A stretch of 64,000 nt of DNA from the NCBI GenBank assembly GCA_965207885.1, contig OZ242311.1, forward strand, positions 2,496,001-2,560,000. The letters are read 5' to 3'. The notes under the pieces were generated by a model. The model did no database searches. It had not been told where the DNA came from and saw nothing but the letters and a program-made list of their open reading frames with translations. Shown piece after piece: positions 18,991 to 30,516 of the stretch. Source of the DNA: Candidatus Latescibacterota bacterium (lineage in GTDB: Bacteria; Latescibacterota; UBA2968). Each line of letters begins with the position of its first letter. Position 1 is the stretch's first letter. The position numbers were made by a program, and so were the translations under genes.

Positions 18991-20916
18991 ATGAGCAACG
19001 TAATAGGCATTGATCTGGGAACGACCAACTCTTGTGTCGCTGTGATGGAAGGCGGCGACCCGGTTGTTGTTCCAAATTCAGAAGGGGGACGGACCACGCC
19101 CTCTGTCGTTGCATTCGCACAAGATGGGGAGCGCCTCATTGGTGAGGTTGCCAAAAGGCAGGCTGTGACCAATCCGACCAAGACCATTTATTCTATCAAG
19201 CGGTTTATGGGGCGTCGCCGAGAAGAGGTGAGCACTGAGATTTCCGAAGTGCCTTACACGGTCACGAGTGACGCCAATGGGCTGGCATCTGTACAGCTCG
19301 ACGACAAGACATATACCCCGCCTGAAATTTCGGCGATGGTGCTTCAAAAGATGAAGCAAACCGCTGAAGATTATCTCGGTGAAACCATCACGCAGGCCGT
19401 GGTCACAGTTCCCGCATATTTTAATGATGCACAGCGACAGGCCACCAAAGATGCTGGCAAAATTGCTGGCCTCGACGTGTTGCGCATTGTCAATGAACCA
19501 ACGGCTGCATCACTGGCTTATGGGCTGGACAAAAAGAGCGATGAAAAAATCGCGGTTTTCGATCTCGGTGGCGGCACATTTGATATTTCCATTCTCGAAC
19601 TGGGCGATGGCGTTTTTGAAGTCAAATCCACCAATGGCGATACCCATTTGGGTGGAGATGACTTTGATCAGCGCGTTATTGACTTTCTGGCTGAGGAATT
19701 TTTAAAAGAAAATAGCGTGGATTTGCGCCAGGATCCCATGGCGCTGCAACGCCTGAAAGAAGCGGCAGAAAAAGCCAAGTGCGAACTATCGACTTCCGCA
19801 TCTACCGACATCAATCTGCCGTTTATCACAGCCGATGCATCTGGACCCAAGCATCTCAATGTCAACCTGTCACGCGCGCGATTTGAGCAACTCGTCGATG
19901 ACCTCGTCCAGCGCACGAAAGGGCCTTGTGAACAGGCTATTCGGGATGCCGGTCTTTCGGCTTCTGATATTGACGAAGTGATTCTGGTGGGCGGTTCAAC
20001 GCGCATCCCCAAAGTACAGGAAATTGTGCAGGAAGTTTTTGGCAAAGAGCCTAACAGGGGGGTAAATCCCGATGAAGTTGTCGCCATTGGTGCGGCTATT
20101 CAAGCGGGTGTGCTCTCTGGAGATGTGACCGATGTGCTATTGCTCGATGTGACGCCGCTCTCGCTGGGTATTGAAACGCTCGGCGGCGTGATGACGCGCC
20201 TTATTGATCGCAACACCACAATTCCATCGAAAAAGGCCGAAGTGTTTTCAACTGCTGCCGACAGCCAGCCTTCGGTGGAAATTCACGTCTTGCAGGGCGA
20301 GCGCGATATGTCAGTAGATAATCGCACCATTGGTCGGTTCCATCTCGATGGTATTCCGCCCGCGCCGCGCGGTGTGCCGCAAATTGAGGTCACATTTGAC
20401 ATCGATGCAAATGGTATTCTCAATGTTTCGGCTAAAGACAAGGGCACGGGCAAAGAGCAGAATATTCGCATCGAAGCCTCGTCGGGGTTGTCAGACGCGG
20501 AAATTGATAAAATGGTCAATGACGCACAGGCGAATGCCGCCGAAGATAAGCAGAAACGCGAGGCTGTGGAGATCAAAAATGCGGCCGAGCAGCAGGTGCA
20601 TCAGACCGAAAAACAGATGGAAGAGATGGGTGACAAGGTCAGCGCTGAGACGAAGGCCAAAGTGACAGAGGCCGTTGACAAGGTCAAAGACGCCCTCAAG
20701 GGAGATAATGTCGATGCGATTAAATCGGCGAATGAAAATCTCACCCAGGTCTGGCATCAGGTTGCGAGTGAACTCTATCAGCAAGCCTCAGCAGAGGAGG
20801 GGCCCCAGGGTGCACCAGGAGAACCTCCGCCAGGTGGTGCAGAAGGTCCCAAACAAAGCGATGATGGGGCTGTTGATGCTGAATATGAAGAAGTTGTGGA
20901 TGATAAGAAGAAGTAA
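18991..20916 (+). CDS. dnaK: Chaperone DnaK (Hsp70)
   Basis: [48 protein letters not shown]. Confidence 0.99.
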   Translation: MSNVIGIDLGTTNSCVAVMEGGDPVVVPNSEGGRTTPSVVAFAQDGERLIGEVAKRQAVTNPTKTIYSIKRFMGRRREEVSTEISEVPYTVTSDANGLASVQLDDKTYTPPEISAMVLQKMKQTAEDYLGETITQAVVTVPAYFNDAQRQATKDAGKIAGLDVLRIVNEPTAASLAYGLDKKSDEKIAVFDLGGGTFDISILELGDGVFEVKSTNGDTHLGGDDFDQRVIDFLAEEFLKENSVDLRQDPMALQRLKEAAEKAKCELSTSASTDINLPFITADASGPKHLNVNLSRARFEQLVDDLVQRTKGPCEQAIRDAGLSASDIDEVILVGGSTRIPKVQEIVQEVFGKEPNRGVNPDEVVAIGAAIQAGVLSGDVTDVLLLDVTPLSLGIETLGGVMTRLIDRNTTIPSKKAEVFSTAADSQPSVEIHVLQGERDMSVDNRTIGRFHLDGIPPAPRGVPQIEVTFDIDANGILNVSAKDKGTGKEQNIRIEASSGLSDAEIDKMVNDAQANAAEDKQKREAVEIKNAAEQQVHQTEKQMEEMGDKVSAETKAKVTEAVDKVKDALKGDNVDAIKSANENLTQVWHQVASELYQQASAEEGPQGAPGEPPPGGAEGPKQSDDGAVDAEYEEVVDDKKK

Positions 20917-20933
20917 AGGTTGGATATCACAAT

Positions 20934-20967
20934 AAAACGCCGAGGGCAAAAAGTCCTCGGCGTTTTT
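20934..20967. terminator. Bidirectional intrinsic terminator
   Basis: AAAACGCCGAGG...CCTCGGCGTTTTT between convergent genes. Confidence 0.85.
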
Positions 20968-20988
20968 GTTTGCGTAGGGGAGCGCTAA

Positions 20989-21819
20989 TTACGACGCTTT
21001 TTCAATTGTCACGCGAATTGCACTCAGGGGTTTGATAAAGCGGAACCGTACGGTTTTGCTGCGCGTGTCAAATCCGCCTGTGCCAACATCCTGGCTCGAC
21101 AATTCTTGCAAGAAATTTGCGACCCAGACTGTGTCGCGTTGCCATTGCGGTACGGCATTTCGGATAAACAAGCGCACGAGGTCTGCATTGCGGTTCAAGT
21201 CGGCATCTGATATATCGAGCACGGTTACCATAATTTCGGATCGCAACAAATCGGCTTCTGGACCCCAGAACTCCAGTACGACTTGTCCGCTCCCCGTTGC
21301 GCCAAAATGACGTGGCTGACCCTCGAGGGGATCCACTTCTTCCAGTATCATATCATCGGGCATTCCCGCAATCATGCCATCAATGGATAGGGCGCCGGGA
21401 GATGGTGGCGTTGCTTGAGGTTCTTGTGTCGCTTGCTGTTCAGTTGCAGGCTGAGTTGGGCGCACTACAGGGCGCTTTTTCCGCGTGCTTGAAGAACGAC
21501 GCGCGAGGTCTTTTTGCAAAGCTGCACGCACGGCTGCGGCGTCTCCGACATAATTGCCGTGTACCCATCCCTCAGTTTTTCCATCTGCGCGTACACGTAA
21601 CCAGGGATTGGCTTTTTCAAAAATCTCCAGTTCACGACCGCGCTGCAAGCGCTCAACGACCTGCGATTTTGTGGTTGGCTTTTCGCGCAAATTCAGAATT
21701 GCGACGGTGACATAGACTGTTTCTTTCGGTAATAGATAATCACAACCGCTTAAACTCGCCATGAGTACACAAAAAAGGCCGACAAAAAATCGGTCGGCCA
21801 AAAACTTAGACCTCACCAT
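20989..21819 (-). CDS. SH3b-domain lipoprotein
   Basis: Lipobox LSGC; LNLREKP...WLRV...EGWVHGNYV; P/Q/T-rich linker. Confidence 0.75.
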   Translation of the reverse strand: MVRSKFLADRFFVGLFCVLMASLSGCDYLLPKETVYVTVAILNLREKPTTKSQVVERLQRGRELEIFEKANPWLRVRADGKTEGWVHGNYVGDAAAVRAALQKDLARRSSSTRKKRPVVRPTQPATEQQATQEPQATPPSPGALSIDGMIAGMPDDMILEEVDPLEGQPRHFGATGSGQVVLEFWGPEADLLRSEIMVTVLDISDADLNRNADLVRLFIRNAVPQWQRDTVWVANFLQELSSQDVGTGGFDTRSKTVRFRFIKPLSAIRVTIEKAS

Positions 21820-21909
21820 CAATCATCCCTCCTCAAAACCCTCTGTGGATATTTTTTCTGGATTGAAAATATCGGAAATGCGATTGCGGTCAAGGATTAA
21901 ATTACATTT

Positions 21910-23337
21910 TCAATCCAAATACGTCATCTGTGAAGTTTGAGGCCACTTGCATTGTTCGGGGGCATTTGTCACGCTTGCCCATTCCCGAATGACTTCCAGA
22001 TCCCTTCTTTTTTCCAGCATCTTTTCTACAACCCACTCCGGGTCCCAGCCATCCAGTACTTTTGCTGTTAGTTCTTTTCGAATTGCCTGACAATCTTCGT
22101 CATTCGCCCGATTGTGCAATTCCTCTGGATCTTCGGATAGATTGAATAATTGCGGATCATAGCCGTGATAGTAAATCAGTTTCCAATCGCCCTGTCGAAT
22201 CATGCGCTGGTAATGGCCTTCGTAGATACAGTATTCTGAAAAGGCAATATCTTCCCATGTATCCACTTCACCGCGAAGCAATGGCAACAGGCTGCGCCCG
22301 CGCGAATGGGGCAATTCGGGTGTTCCCAATGCGTCGAGCATGGTTGCATTTAAGTCCAATGCGCTGATGACACAGTTATTGACCTGTCCTTTGGGCAGCG
22401 CATCGGGCCATGAAATAATTGCCGGTACTCGAACGGACTCTTCGTAAAATGTTCGCTTCATCCACAATGCTTTTTCGCCCACATGTTCGCCGTGGTCTGA
22501 TGAATATACGATCATTGTGTTCTGTGTAAATCCATTCCTTTCTAATGCCTCCAAAAGTTGTCCGATCATGCGGTCCATCGCCGTGACCAGTGCCCAGTAA
22601 GCTGCGCGGGCGCGCGTGGTGTCGGTATCTTCAATTTCCAAAAAACGGTTTCGGTTTCGCCACCATTGGAAAAAGGGATGTGACTCATCGCCTGTTGGTT
22701 TGGGATATTTTGGTGGTGTAATCACGTCGATGTACTGATCGTAATCTGCTTTTCGCGCAATATAAGGTGAGTGCGGTAGCATATATCCCACGTGCAAACA
22801 AAAGGGGATATCCGTTTGTCCGCTGCGTTTTCTTATGCCTTCTCGATTGATAAAATCAACTGCTGAAGCTGTCACATCTTCATCGTGTACTTCGTAACTG
22901 CTCTGGCCTGCACCTGATTTTTGAACCGATTGGATTAAGTTGCTGGGGGCATCGCCTGTGCCCGGGTAATTCGAAGAATGATCTCCAATGGGACGATCCA
23001 CATACCCGTGCAACTGATCTGTGCCCAGGGCGTGCATGCGGCCTATGAGCACGGGGTGGTAGCCAGCCGCGCCCATTGCATGCGCGAGGGTTGGCCGTCC
23101 CGAATCCAGAATATGATGGTTGGTCCACACTTCATTTTCATAAGGATACCGTCCCGTTAACATCGACATCCGCGATGGCGTGCATACAGGCGATGGACAA
23201 TAGGCATTGTTAAATCTCACCCCCTGTGCTGCGAGGGCATCCAGATGGGGTGTTTGAACGAGTGAATCGCCATAACAGCCGAGTACTTTTGGGCTGTGCT
23301 GGTCTGAGTGGATGTAGAGCAAGTTCGGTCGGTTCAT
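21910..23337 (-). CDS. Cys-type (formylglycine) sulfatase, choline-sulfatase-like
   Basis: PNLLYIHSDQH, CTPSRMSMLTG, GRMH, PHSP, SDHGE. Confidence 0.92.
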   Translation of the reverse strand: MNRPNLLYIHSDQHSPKVLGCYGDSLVQTPHLDALAAQGVRFNNAYCPSPVCTPSRMSMLTGRYPYENEVWTNHHILDSGRPTLAHAMGAAGYHPVLIGRMHALGTDQLHGYVDRPIGDHSSNYPGTGDAPSNLIQSVQKSGAGQSSYEVHDEDVTASAVDFINREGIRKRSGQTDIPFCLHVGYMLPHSPYIARKADYDQYIDVITPPKYPKPTGDESHPFFQWWRNRNRFLEIEDTDTTRARAAYWALVTAMDRMIGQLLEALERNGFTQNTMIVYSSDHGEHVGEKALWMKRTFYEESVRVPAIISWPDALPKGQVNNCVISALDLNATMLDALGTPELPHSRGRSLLPLLRGEVDTWEDIAFSEYCIYEGHYQRMIRQGDWKLIYYHGYDPQLFNLSEDPEELHNRANDEDCQAIRKELTAKVLDGWDPEWVVEKMLEKRRDLEVIREWASVTNAPEQCKWPQTSQMTYLD

Positions 23338-23366
23338 GTTTGAGTCCTTTTTACCAGTACACAGAA

Positions 23367-23403
23367 GGCAGGCAGCGGTTGCCCGTGCCTGCCATTATTT
23401 TTT
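23367..23403. terminator. GC-rich hairpin between FAH and sulfatase genes
   Basis: GGCAGGCA...TGCCTGCC stem; the T tract is on the + strand, opposite to the operon. Confidence 0.45.
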
Positions 23404-23421
23404 CAATTAAGAGTGAGACAG

Positions 23422-24384
23422 CTATTTCTCACTCGCAGCCACTGTATTTACCAATCGTCCAATACCCGAGATCTCAATTTCTACCTTGTCACCTGGTTGC
23501 ATATAGGTGCCCGTTGTATCGCCCACGCCCGAAATTGTGCCTGTGCTGATCAGATCGCCCGGTTCGAGTGTGATGATTGCCGAGATGTATTCGATAATTT
23601 TATCTACGGGATACAACATTTGTCCCGTGTTGTTGTGTTGCTTGCGGTCGCCATTCACATACGTGCTGATGTCGAGGGTGTGTGGATCTGTAATTTCGTC
23701 TGAGGTTACAATCCACGGTCCCTGAGGTGCAAAGGTGTCCAGCCATTTGCCGTTTAACCAGTCGAACCATTCATCTCTTGGTCGGCTATCCGTGCGCTTT
23801 TTGATTTGCAACATGCGCTCGGAGACATCGTTCATGACCGTATAACCCGCGACATAATCCAGCGCGTCTTCTGCCTGTACGCCTTTTGCTTCTCGGCCTA
23901 TTACGACGGCCAATTCGCCTTCCCAATCTACGCCTCTTGCGATGGGGGGGATCAAAATTTGATCCCCCGGTCCGATTACTGTCGATGTTGGGGGCTTCAT
24001 AAATACGCGCGGCGTTTCCTTGTCCTGAATTTGCATCTTGGTCGTGCCGCTTTCTTCAATGTGATCCTGATAATTGCCCGCCAGGCAGAATAATTTGCGC
24101 GGATTGGGCATTGGTGCGCTCAATTTGACGTCGCTGACGGCAAAGCTGGTCTCGCCATCCGGTGTGCCATTCAAACGCTTTTCAGCATCAGCCGCCGCCT
24201 GTTGTGCCGCAGACCGTCCTTCTGCTCCGGCTTCGAGAAAGGTCAGCATATCCGTGAAAAAGGGAGGGTTTTCCGATTGGGCTAATGCGCTGTCTGCTGC
24301 GGCGAGATCGACGATAATCGAATCATTTGCGACGACTGCGCCAATGGATTCTGCATCGCCGACTGAATAAGTTGCGAGTTTCAT
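23422..24384 (-). CDS. Fumarylacetoacetate hydrolase family protein
   Basis: NYQDH, FMKP, DWEGELAVVIG, NDVSER, GKWLDTF, GDLISTGT. Confidence 0.92.
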   Translation of the reverse strand: MKLATYSVGDAESIGAVVANDSIIVDLAAADSALAQSENPPFFTDMLTFLEAGAEGRSAAQQAAADAEKRLNGTPDGETSFAVSDVKLSAPMPNPRKLFCLAGNYQDHIEESGTTKMQIQDKETPRVFMKPPTSTVIGPGDQILIPPIARGVDWEGELAVVIGREAKGVQAEDALDYVAGYTVMNDVSERMLQIKKRTDSRPRDEWFDWLNGKWLDTFAPQGPWIVTSDEITDPHTLDISTYVNGDRKQHNNTGQMLYPVDKIIEYISAIITLEPGDLISTGTISGVGDTTGTYMQPGDKVEIEISGIGRLVNTVAASEK

Positions 24385-24405
24385 GTTTTCTCCTTGTGCG
24401 AATGC

Positions 24406-25269
24406 TCAATGACTGGTAAACGACAGTGGAAATGTCGGTTCTTGTGCCTGCTTTTGCGTAGGGGTTTCGATTTTTTGATGATAATATTCTTCGACGAATT
24501 GCGCCAGATTTTTGCTCGCCTCTTCAAAGACTATTTTGCCCTTTTCTGCGGTTGCCTTTTCCGCCTCGCCCATCACGCCCGAATCCGTATATTGACTCGT
24601 CCATTCAATGATTCCCACAGGTCCTCTGCTGAACAGATCGGTCCAGACAAATTTGGATCCTCGCTTGTTGGTCCTGGCGATCTCGCTCTTGATTTTATCC
24701 TTGCGTACGCTTTCTGGAGACAAATGGAGCAACATGGATGTTTCCAATTCGCCCGCATGCGAACATCCGCCGGGAAATACGCTCTCGCGCCATTCTTTGT
24801 CAAAGTCCGGATCGACCTTGAGCAATTGCCACCACGAGCAGAAAGCACAACTCGCGTCTGTTTCTACGATTGTGCGCCGGGCGACCATTTCGACCAGGTT
24901 GTGGTTGGAACCGTGTCCGTTGACGAGGATCATTTTTTTAAAGCCGTGATAGGCAAGGCTTTTGCAGATGTCCAGCAGGTACTGAATGAAGTGTTCGTAG
25001 TGTATATTCAGCGAGCCGGGAAAATCCATGACGTGATGCACGTAACCATAACTCACAGGCGGTAGCACCAGGCTGTATTCCGGTTTTAAGCGCGCGCCTT
25101 CGGTCGCCACGGCATTGGCACATAGATGATCGACTTTCAAGGGCAAGTGATGCCCGTGCTGTTCGACTGCGCCGGTTGGAATAATCGGAATTTTTCCCAT
25201 TTCCACAGCTTCGTTCACTTCGGGCCAGGTCAGTTCGTCAAATTTGTAGATATCTTTTACAGAGGCCAT
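24406..25269 (-). CDS. Creatininase-family amidohydrolase
   Basis: GAVEQHGHHLP..D, NGHGSN, HAGELETS. Confidence 0.9.
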   Translation of the reverse strand: MASVKDIYKFDELTWPEVNEAVEMGKIPIIPTGAVEQHGHHLPLKVDHLCANAVATEGARLKPEYSLVLPPVSYGYVHHVMDFPGSLNIHYEHFIQYLLDICKSLAYHGFKKMILVNGHGSNHNLVEMVARRTIVETDASCAFCSWWQLLKVDPDFDKEWRESVFPGGCSHAGELETSMLLHLSPESVRKDKIKSEIARTNKRGSKFVWTDLFSRGPVGIIEWTSQYTDSGVMGEAEKATAEKGKIVFEEASKNLAQFVEEYYHQKIETPTQKQAQEPTFPLSFTSH

Positions 25270-25294
25270 TTTTTTCCTTTCTATCTAGTGCAAG

Positions 25295-26408
25295 CTACTT
25301 CACCAGGAATTTCGCAACCATATCTTCATCCAGATCCACGCCCAGTCCGGGTTGATCTGTCAGATGTAACGCGCCATTTCGAAATACCATATCGTGTTGG
25401 GCGAGTTTTTGTGCCAGGGGAGATGGCGCTCGCGTATATTCTGTCAGCGGTTGTTCGCTCGCTGCGGCCCATTGGGCAGACGCTGCCAATAAGACACCAG
25501 TGCCAAATGCGTGGGGCACGGCGCGCGCTCCCGTCTCGTTCGCCAATTTTTCAATCGCCAGGCCGCCCGGTAATCCCGCCTACGCGCCCCAGGTCGGGTT
25601 GTACAAAGTGGAGTTTGCCATTGTGCAACAAGTCGGCGTATTCGCTTACCAGAGTCATTGCTTCGCCACCTGCAATTGGGATGGATGACTGAGTTGAGAG
25701 TTCGCGATATCCCTGCACATCAAACGGGTGCAACGGCTCTTCGAGCCAGAACACATTGTATTTTTCAAATCGCGCCACGCGCTCCAACGCGGTTTCCGCA
25801 TCCCACGCGCGACCGGCATCTACCATCAAATTTACATCTGGTCCCAAAGCCTCTCGTGCCGCTGCGACCAGTGCCTCGTCCAAATCTGCATCTGGTCCCA
25901 TTGGCGCCCAGCCGTATTTTACAGACTGATAGCCCTGTGCCAAAAATGCGCTCGCGGATTCTTTTACCAATTCCGGACGCTCGGGCCACAGGACGCTCGC
26001 ATAAGCGGGCACTGCATCTGCCGCATCTTCTCGCAACAGCTTGCGCACGGCTTTGCCTTCGGCTTTGCCCCAAATATCCCACAGTGCCATGTCAATGCCA
26101 CTCATGGCCTGTCGCGCCACGCCGCCTGGACCATACCATGATACGCCTTCGATCATGGCGTTGTGAATTGCGTCAAAATCCAGCGCGTCCATGCCGGTTA
26201 TAATCGCTGATAGGCCATGGCGAAATGGCGCAGAGCGCGGTGCTTCAATTACTGCTTTGGCTACATAGGAACAGGATACTACTTCACCCAATCCCATTAT
26301 GTCTGCATCGGTATGCACTCGCACGATCAGGCAGTCCTGAGTTCCATCTGCTGCCTCTACAACTTCTGGCAACCGCAGGTGAATGGCTTCAATATGGGTA
26401 ATTTTCAT
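25295..26408 (-). pseudogene. Mandelate racemase/enolase-superfamily gene with 1-bp frameshift
   Basis: ORFs 25551-26408 and 25295-25546 join when one base of CCC at 25566-25568 is removed, giving GGITGGLAIEKLANE...PH...PGLG. Confidence 0.8.
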
Positions 26409-27099
26409 TTGTTAGCTTTTTTGCAATACCCGCCATCGGTCGTACAATGGACGCATTTCTTTTGGCAAAAATTCGCGCACATTGTCCGCGAGCATCCACG
26501 CCAGACGCGGGTCCACCTCGGAAGGTTTGCTATCTTTAGCGTACATACTCCAGCTTCCGGACAGGGTCAATCGCTCCACATCCTTTTTCATTACTCCGCG
26601 GTGAATTAAATTGCCAGTCCAAAACACGGTTTGCCCTGCTTTGAGGGGCACAGCATATTGGCCCGGAATATCGTCGTGGCGTTCTTCTAACAAGCACCTG
26701 CGCTCGTGGGCGGTGCGATACCTTTTGTGACTGCCGGGCACAATTTGCAGACAATAGTCATCCACCAGGGCGAGATGCCACCTCAAACCTCTTTGGGGAC
26801 GATTCAAAATTTCCATTTCTACCCGATACGATCCGTCGCGTTCCTTACTTCCAAAATCCCGGTGCCAGCCAAAACCGTAATCCGCTTGATATGGATTTGT
26901 GAAGATGAGGGAGCCTCCCAATTGCAACTGCGTGCCCAAAAAAGCGCGCGTGTATTTCATTATGGGTTCTGACATTAGATACTCGGCAAATATCGGCTCG
27001 TTCATTTCGGGGGCAAACAGCCCGCGAATCGCCCAGGGTTCTCCATCCTCCGAGCGGTGGGTGTACAAATCCACGTCATCTGAACGCACCTTTTGCTTA

Positions 27100-28036
27100 G
27101 GTAGTGTCTGAAAAGTCGTAAAGTATGTATTTTAGTTGCAGCATACGCCCTAAACCAAGGAGTATGATATGCAACGGAGATATGAACTGCGCGACGAGGC
27201 TTGGCATCTGATCCAAGACCTGTTCCCACCGCCGAAGAAGATGGGTCGTCCCCGTCGGGATGATCGTACATTATTCAACGGGATCTTCTGGATATTGTGT
27301 TCAGGTGCAGCTTGGCGCGACCTGCCAGAACGATATGGTCCTTGGCAGACAGCCTTTGACCGATTCTGCAAATGGAAACAGGATGGCACCTTTGATCGCA
27401 TTGTAGAAAAGCTACATCTCAAATTGGGTGAAGATGGTCTTTTAGATTATGCGACCTGGATGATGGATGCAACCCATATTCGAGCCACACAAGCCGCGGC
27501 AGGAGCGAAAAAAAAAGGGCAAAAAGGGTGAAGAAGAGCCCCCAGATCACGCTTTAGGACGCTCTCGTGGCGGTTTGACCACGAAAATCCATCTTCTTTG
27601 CGATGCAGTCGGGCATCCTTTAGCAGTGGATCTTCTCCCTGGTAACCAGTCAGAATCCACACAGGCTGAAAGGCTACTGTCAAAGGTATGCATACCCACC
27701 AAACGAGGGCGTCCAAGAAACCGACCCAAGTATCTGGTAGCTGATAAATCTTATGATGTCTCACGCATCAGAGTCTATCTACGCAAACGGGGTATCAAGG
27801 CTGCTATCCCAAACAAGGCGATTCCCAAAGGCAGAAAACGGCGTAAGAGAGGACCACGGCCTAAGTGTGATAAAAGATTATATGCCAAACGCAATATCGT
27901 GGAGCGTCTCTTTGGTTGGCTTAAACACTGCCGACGGATTGTGACCCGATTTGAAAAAAAGGCGACTCATTTTCTCACTATGGTCAAGCTGGCCTGTATC
28001 AGACAACTCTTCAAAGCTTACTTTTCAGACACTACC
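27100..28036 (+). mobile_element. IS5-family (IS427-group-like) insertion sequence, 937 bp, copy 1
   Basis: 17-bp terminal inverted repeats GGTAGTGTCTGAAAAGT/ACTTTTCAGACACTACC, TA duplication, two-ORF DDE transposase. Confidence 0.93.
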
Positions 28037-28039
28037 TAG
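27169..28039 (+). CDS. IS5-family transposase, OrfA+OrfB joined across an A9 run
   Basis: OrfA GRPR..DR, WRDLPERYGPW, MDAT; OrfB GRSRGGLTTKIH, ADKSYD, RNIVERLFGWLK. Confidence 0.9.
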
Positions 28040-28173
28040 TGCGAATCGCAGCCTCTAACAAGGGTTTTAGCATATCGGGATCGACGGCGTCATTGACAAT
28101 AAAAAACCCCTGTTTTCTGTACTGTCGTTTCTGAATATCGCAAAACATGATCGCCTCCTTTCAGGTACGGCGC

Positions 28174-28202
28174 AATATAGGTGTGTTGCGCGACAAATAC
28201 AA
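28174..28202 (-). promoter_or_regulatory. sigma70-type promoter for PhyH-MR-creatininase-FAH operon
   Basis: Minus strand TTGTAT-17 nt-TATATT. Confidence 0.5.
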
Positions 28203-28324
28203 AAAAAAAGCGCGGGGGTATTGCGCGAGACGGAGCAGAAAACAGTGGCAGGTCAGTGTCGTTGTGATATTTTAAGAGAGGATATTAAGTATTGTGAGTA
28301 CAAGCGATTGAAATGGAGGAAGAC

Positions 28325-30514
28325 ATGATTGGACCGCGGTTGAGTGATGAAGCGTTTTTTGAGGCGCTCGATTTGTCGCGTGCGGATATGAGGGCTGTAA
28401 AAAGGGCGGTAGAGGCGCGAGATTGGACGGGTGCGCGGCGTGCGTTTGCAGAACACATTCGCACGCGAGAATATCCGCGATGGTTTTCGGATTGGCGAAA
28501 TCGGTCAGAGCCACAAGACCGGGATGCAGAGGTCGAACTGGTGCGCGTGGGAGATCGCGCGATCAGAGATATCGATCTCGAAAAGGCTGACCGCATTGTG
28601 GCAAATACGCTGGTGAGTTGCGATGTGGAAGAGGTGTTTGGAGATGTGATCAATTGGGAATTGGATCCGATCAATTACAGGGAATGGACGTGGCAGTTGT
28701 CGCGCCACCCATTTTGGGTCACGCTGGGGCAGGCGTATTGGAAAACGGGCGATGAAAAGTATGCCAGAGCATTCGGGAGACAGATGCGGCACTGGATTGA
28801 ACATGTGCTGATGCCTGTGGGGGAGGATGGCAATACCTGGAAAGACGATGCAGAGATGGGTACGGATCGCACGAATTGCTGGCGCACGATTGAATGTGGG
28901 ATTCGGATGGGACAGACGTGGCCCGCGGCGTTTTACTATTTTCTCTCGTCTGAAACATTTGCAGATGACGATGTGTGTTTGATGGTGAAGAGCATGGTCG
29001 AACACGCGCGACATCTCACCCTATGGCCGCGCGGTGGCAACTGGCAGACGATGCAGGCCAATGGGCAATATCACGTTGGGGCATTGTTTCCCGAGTTCAA
29101 AGAAGCCGCAAGCTGGCGCGAGATTGCAATACAGTCGCTGTATCGAGAATTGGATGAGCAGGTTTATCCCGATGGCGCACAGATTGAGTTGTCGAGTGGG
29201 TATCATCAGGTGAGTTTGCGAAATTTTGTGATGGCGCTCGCGATTGCGCGGTTGAATGATTTGTCTCTGCCGGCGGATTATGTCGCAAAATTGGAGCGGA
29301 TGTATCACTACGATTTGTATCTATCTATGCCCAATTTGCGTTTGCCCGCGCTCAATGACGGGGGTCAGACGGATATCGCGTCCTACATGCAGGGTGGGTT
29401 CAGGTTTTTTCCAGAACGGACGGATTTTCAATGGGCGGGTTCCGGACGTGTGGAAGGGACAAAGCCGCAAACCCTGTCTTGTGCTTTTCCCTATGCGGGG
29501 CATTTTGTTATGCGTTCGGGATGGGAACCGGATGATCTCTATCTCTTTTTTGACGGTGGCCCGTTTGGCTATGGACATCAGCACGAAGATAAGCTGAATA
29601 TCATGCTGTACGCACACGGTCGCGTGCATGTGGTGGATCCGGGAAATTATCCTTATGATTCGTCGCAGTGGCGCACTTATGTGCTGTCAACCCGCGCGCA
29701 CAATACGGTGATGGTGGATGGGCTGGAGCAGAATCAGCGCGGGAAGTCAAGAGAGGATTACGTGGTGTCCGAGCCGCTTCCGCATACGTGGATTTCAAAT
29801 GAGAAATGCGATTATGCGTCGGCGAGTTACGATTTGGGATATGGGTCTGAGAGGGATCAGGCGGTTACACATACGCGGTCGATTTTGTTTGTGAAACCCG
29901 AGTTCTGGATTGTGACGGATGTTCTCATGCCCTCGGATGAGGCGTCTCACACGTATGAAGCGATGTTTCATCTGGATGCGGATGATGCCGAGGTGCTGGC
30001 GAATGGGCGCGGTGTTATGACGAGAAACAGTGGGGGAGAGAGCAATCTGGGCATTTATGCCATTTCGACAAAGCCGATAGATGTGCGGATTGTAAGCGGA
30101 CAGGAAGAGCCGACCGTGCAGGGTTGGATTCCCCGGGGAGGACCCTATCAGTGCGAACCCATTCCAACGGCAATTTTCAAAGCAGAGGGCGATGGTCCCG
30201 CGCTGATGTCATACGTTTTATATCCAGTGAAAGCGGGGGAAGTATCTCCTGTAGCACAGGTGGAATATATTCCCGCAGTGGCCGACAATGGGCGGGTTGC
30301 GATGGCAGGGCGGATTGCGTTGCGCGATGACAGGGAGATTTATTTTGTGCAATCAGAAGCTGGCGAAGGTTGGGTACGCGTTTCTGATGGGGAAACCGAT
30401 GCCGAAGCGGGCGCGATGGAGTTGGTTGATGGATTTGTGAATAAAATAGCTCTCGCAAATGGACAAACAGTGCGGGTATATGGGCAGGAGATTCGGGAAG
30501 GGCAGATGGTGTAA
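28325..30514 (+). CDS. Heparinase II/III-like polysaccharide lyase
   Basis: EWTWQLSRH, GNWQ, YPDGAQIELSSGYH, MRSGW, GHQHEDKL, DPG, HNTVMVDG; SD GGAGG before ATG at 28325. Confidence 0.85.
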   Translation: MIGPRLSDEAFFEALDLSRADMRAVKRAVEARDWTGARRAFAEHIRTREYPRWFSDWRNRSEPQDRDAEVELVRVGDRAIRDIDLEKADRIVANTLVSCDVEEVFGDVINWELDPINYREWTWQLSRHPFWVTLGQAYWKTGDEKYARAFGRQMRHWIEHVLMPVGEDGNTWKDDAEMGTDRTNCWRTIECGIRMGQTWPAAFYYFLSSETFADDDVCLMVKSMVEHARHLTLWPRGGNWQTMQANGQYHVGALFPEFKEAASWREIAIQSLYRELDEQVYPDGAQIELSSGYHQVSLRNFVMALAIARLNDLSLPADYVAKLERMYHYDLYLSMPNLRLPALNDGGQTDIASYMQGGFRFFPERTDFQWAGSGRVEGTKPQTLSCAFPYAGHFVMRSGWEPDDLYLFFDGGPFGYGHQHEDKLNIMLYAHGRVHVVDPGNYPYDSSQWRTYVLSTRAHNTVMVDGLEQNQRGKSREDYVVSEPLPHTWISNEKCDYASASYDLGYGSERDQAVTHTRSILFVKPEFWIVTDVLMPSDEASHTYEAMFHLDADDAEVLANGRGVMTRNSGGESNLGIYAISTKPIDVRIVSGQEEPTVQGWIPRGGPYQCEPIPTAIFKAEGDGPALMSYVLYPVKAGEVSPVAQVEYIPAVADNGRVAMAGRIALRDDREIYFVQSEAGEGWVRVSDGETDAEAGAMELVDGFVNKIALANGQTVRVYGQEIREGQMV

Positions 30515-30516
30515 GT

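Larger units (their letters stand above)
26412..28148 (-). pseudogene. PhyH-family dioxygenase interrupted by IS5-family element
   Basis: Removing the IS and one TA restores in-frame MFCDIQKRQYRKQGFFIVNDAV...IRTKQKVRSDD...WHRD...PGSH...HRG; SD AAGGAGG before ATG at 28148. Confidence 0.9.

Noticed and set aside
24406-25269. Creatininase as mycofactocin MftE / RiPP cluster
   Set aside because: No precursor peptide, radical SAM or MftB in the window.
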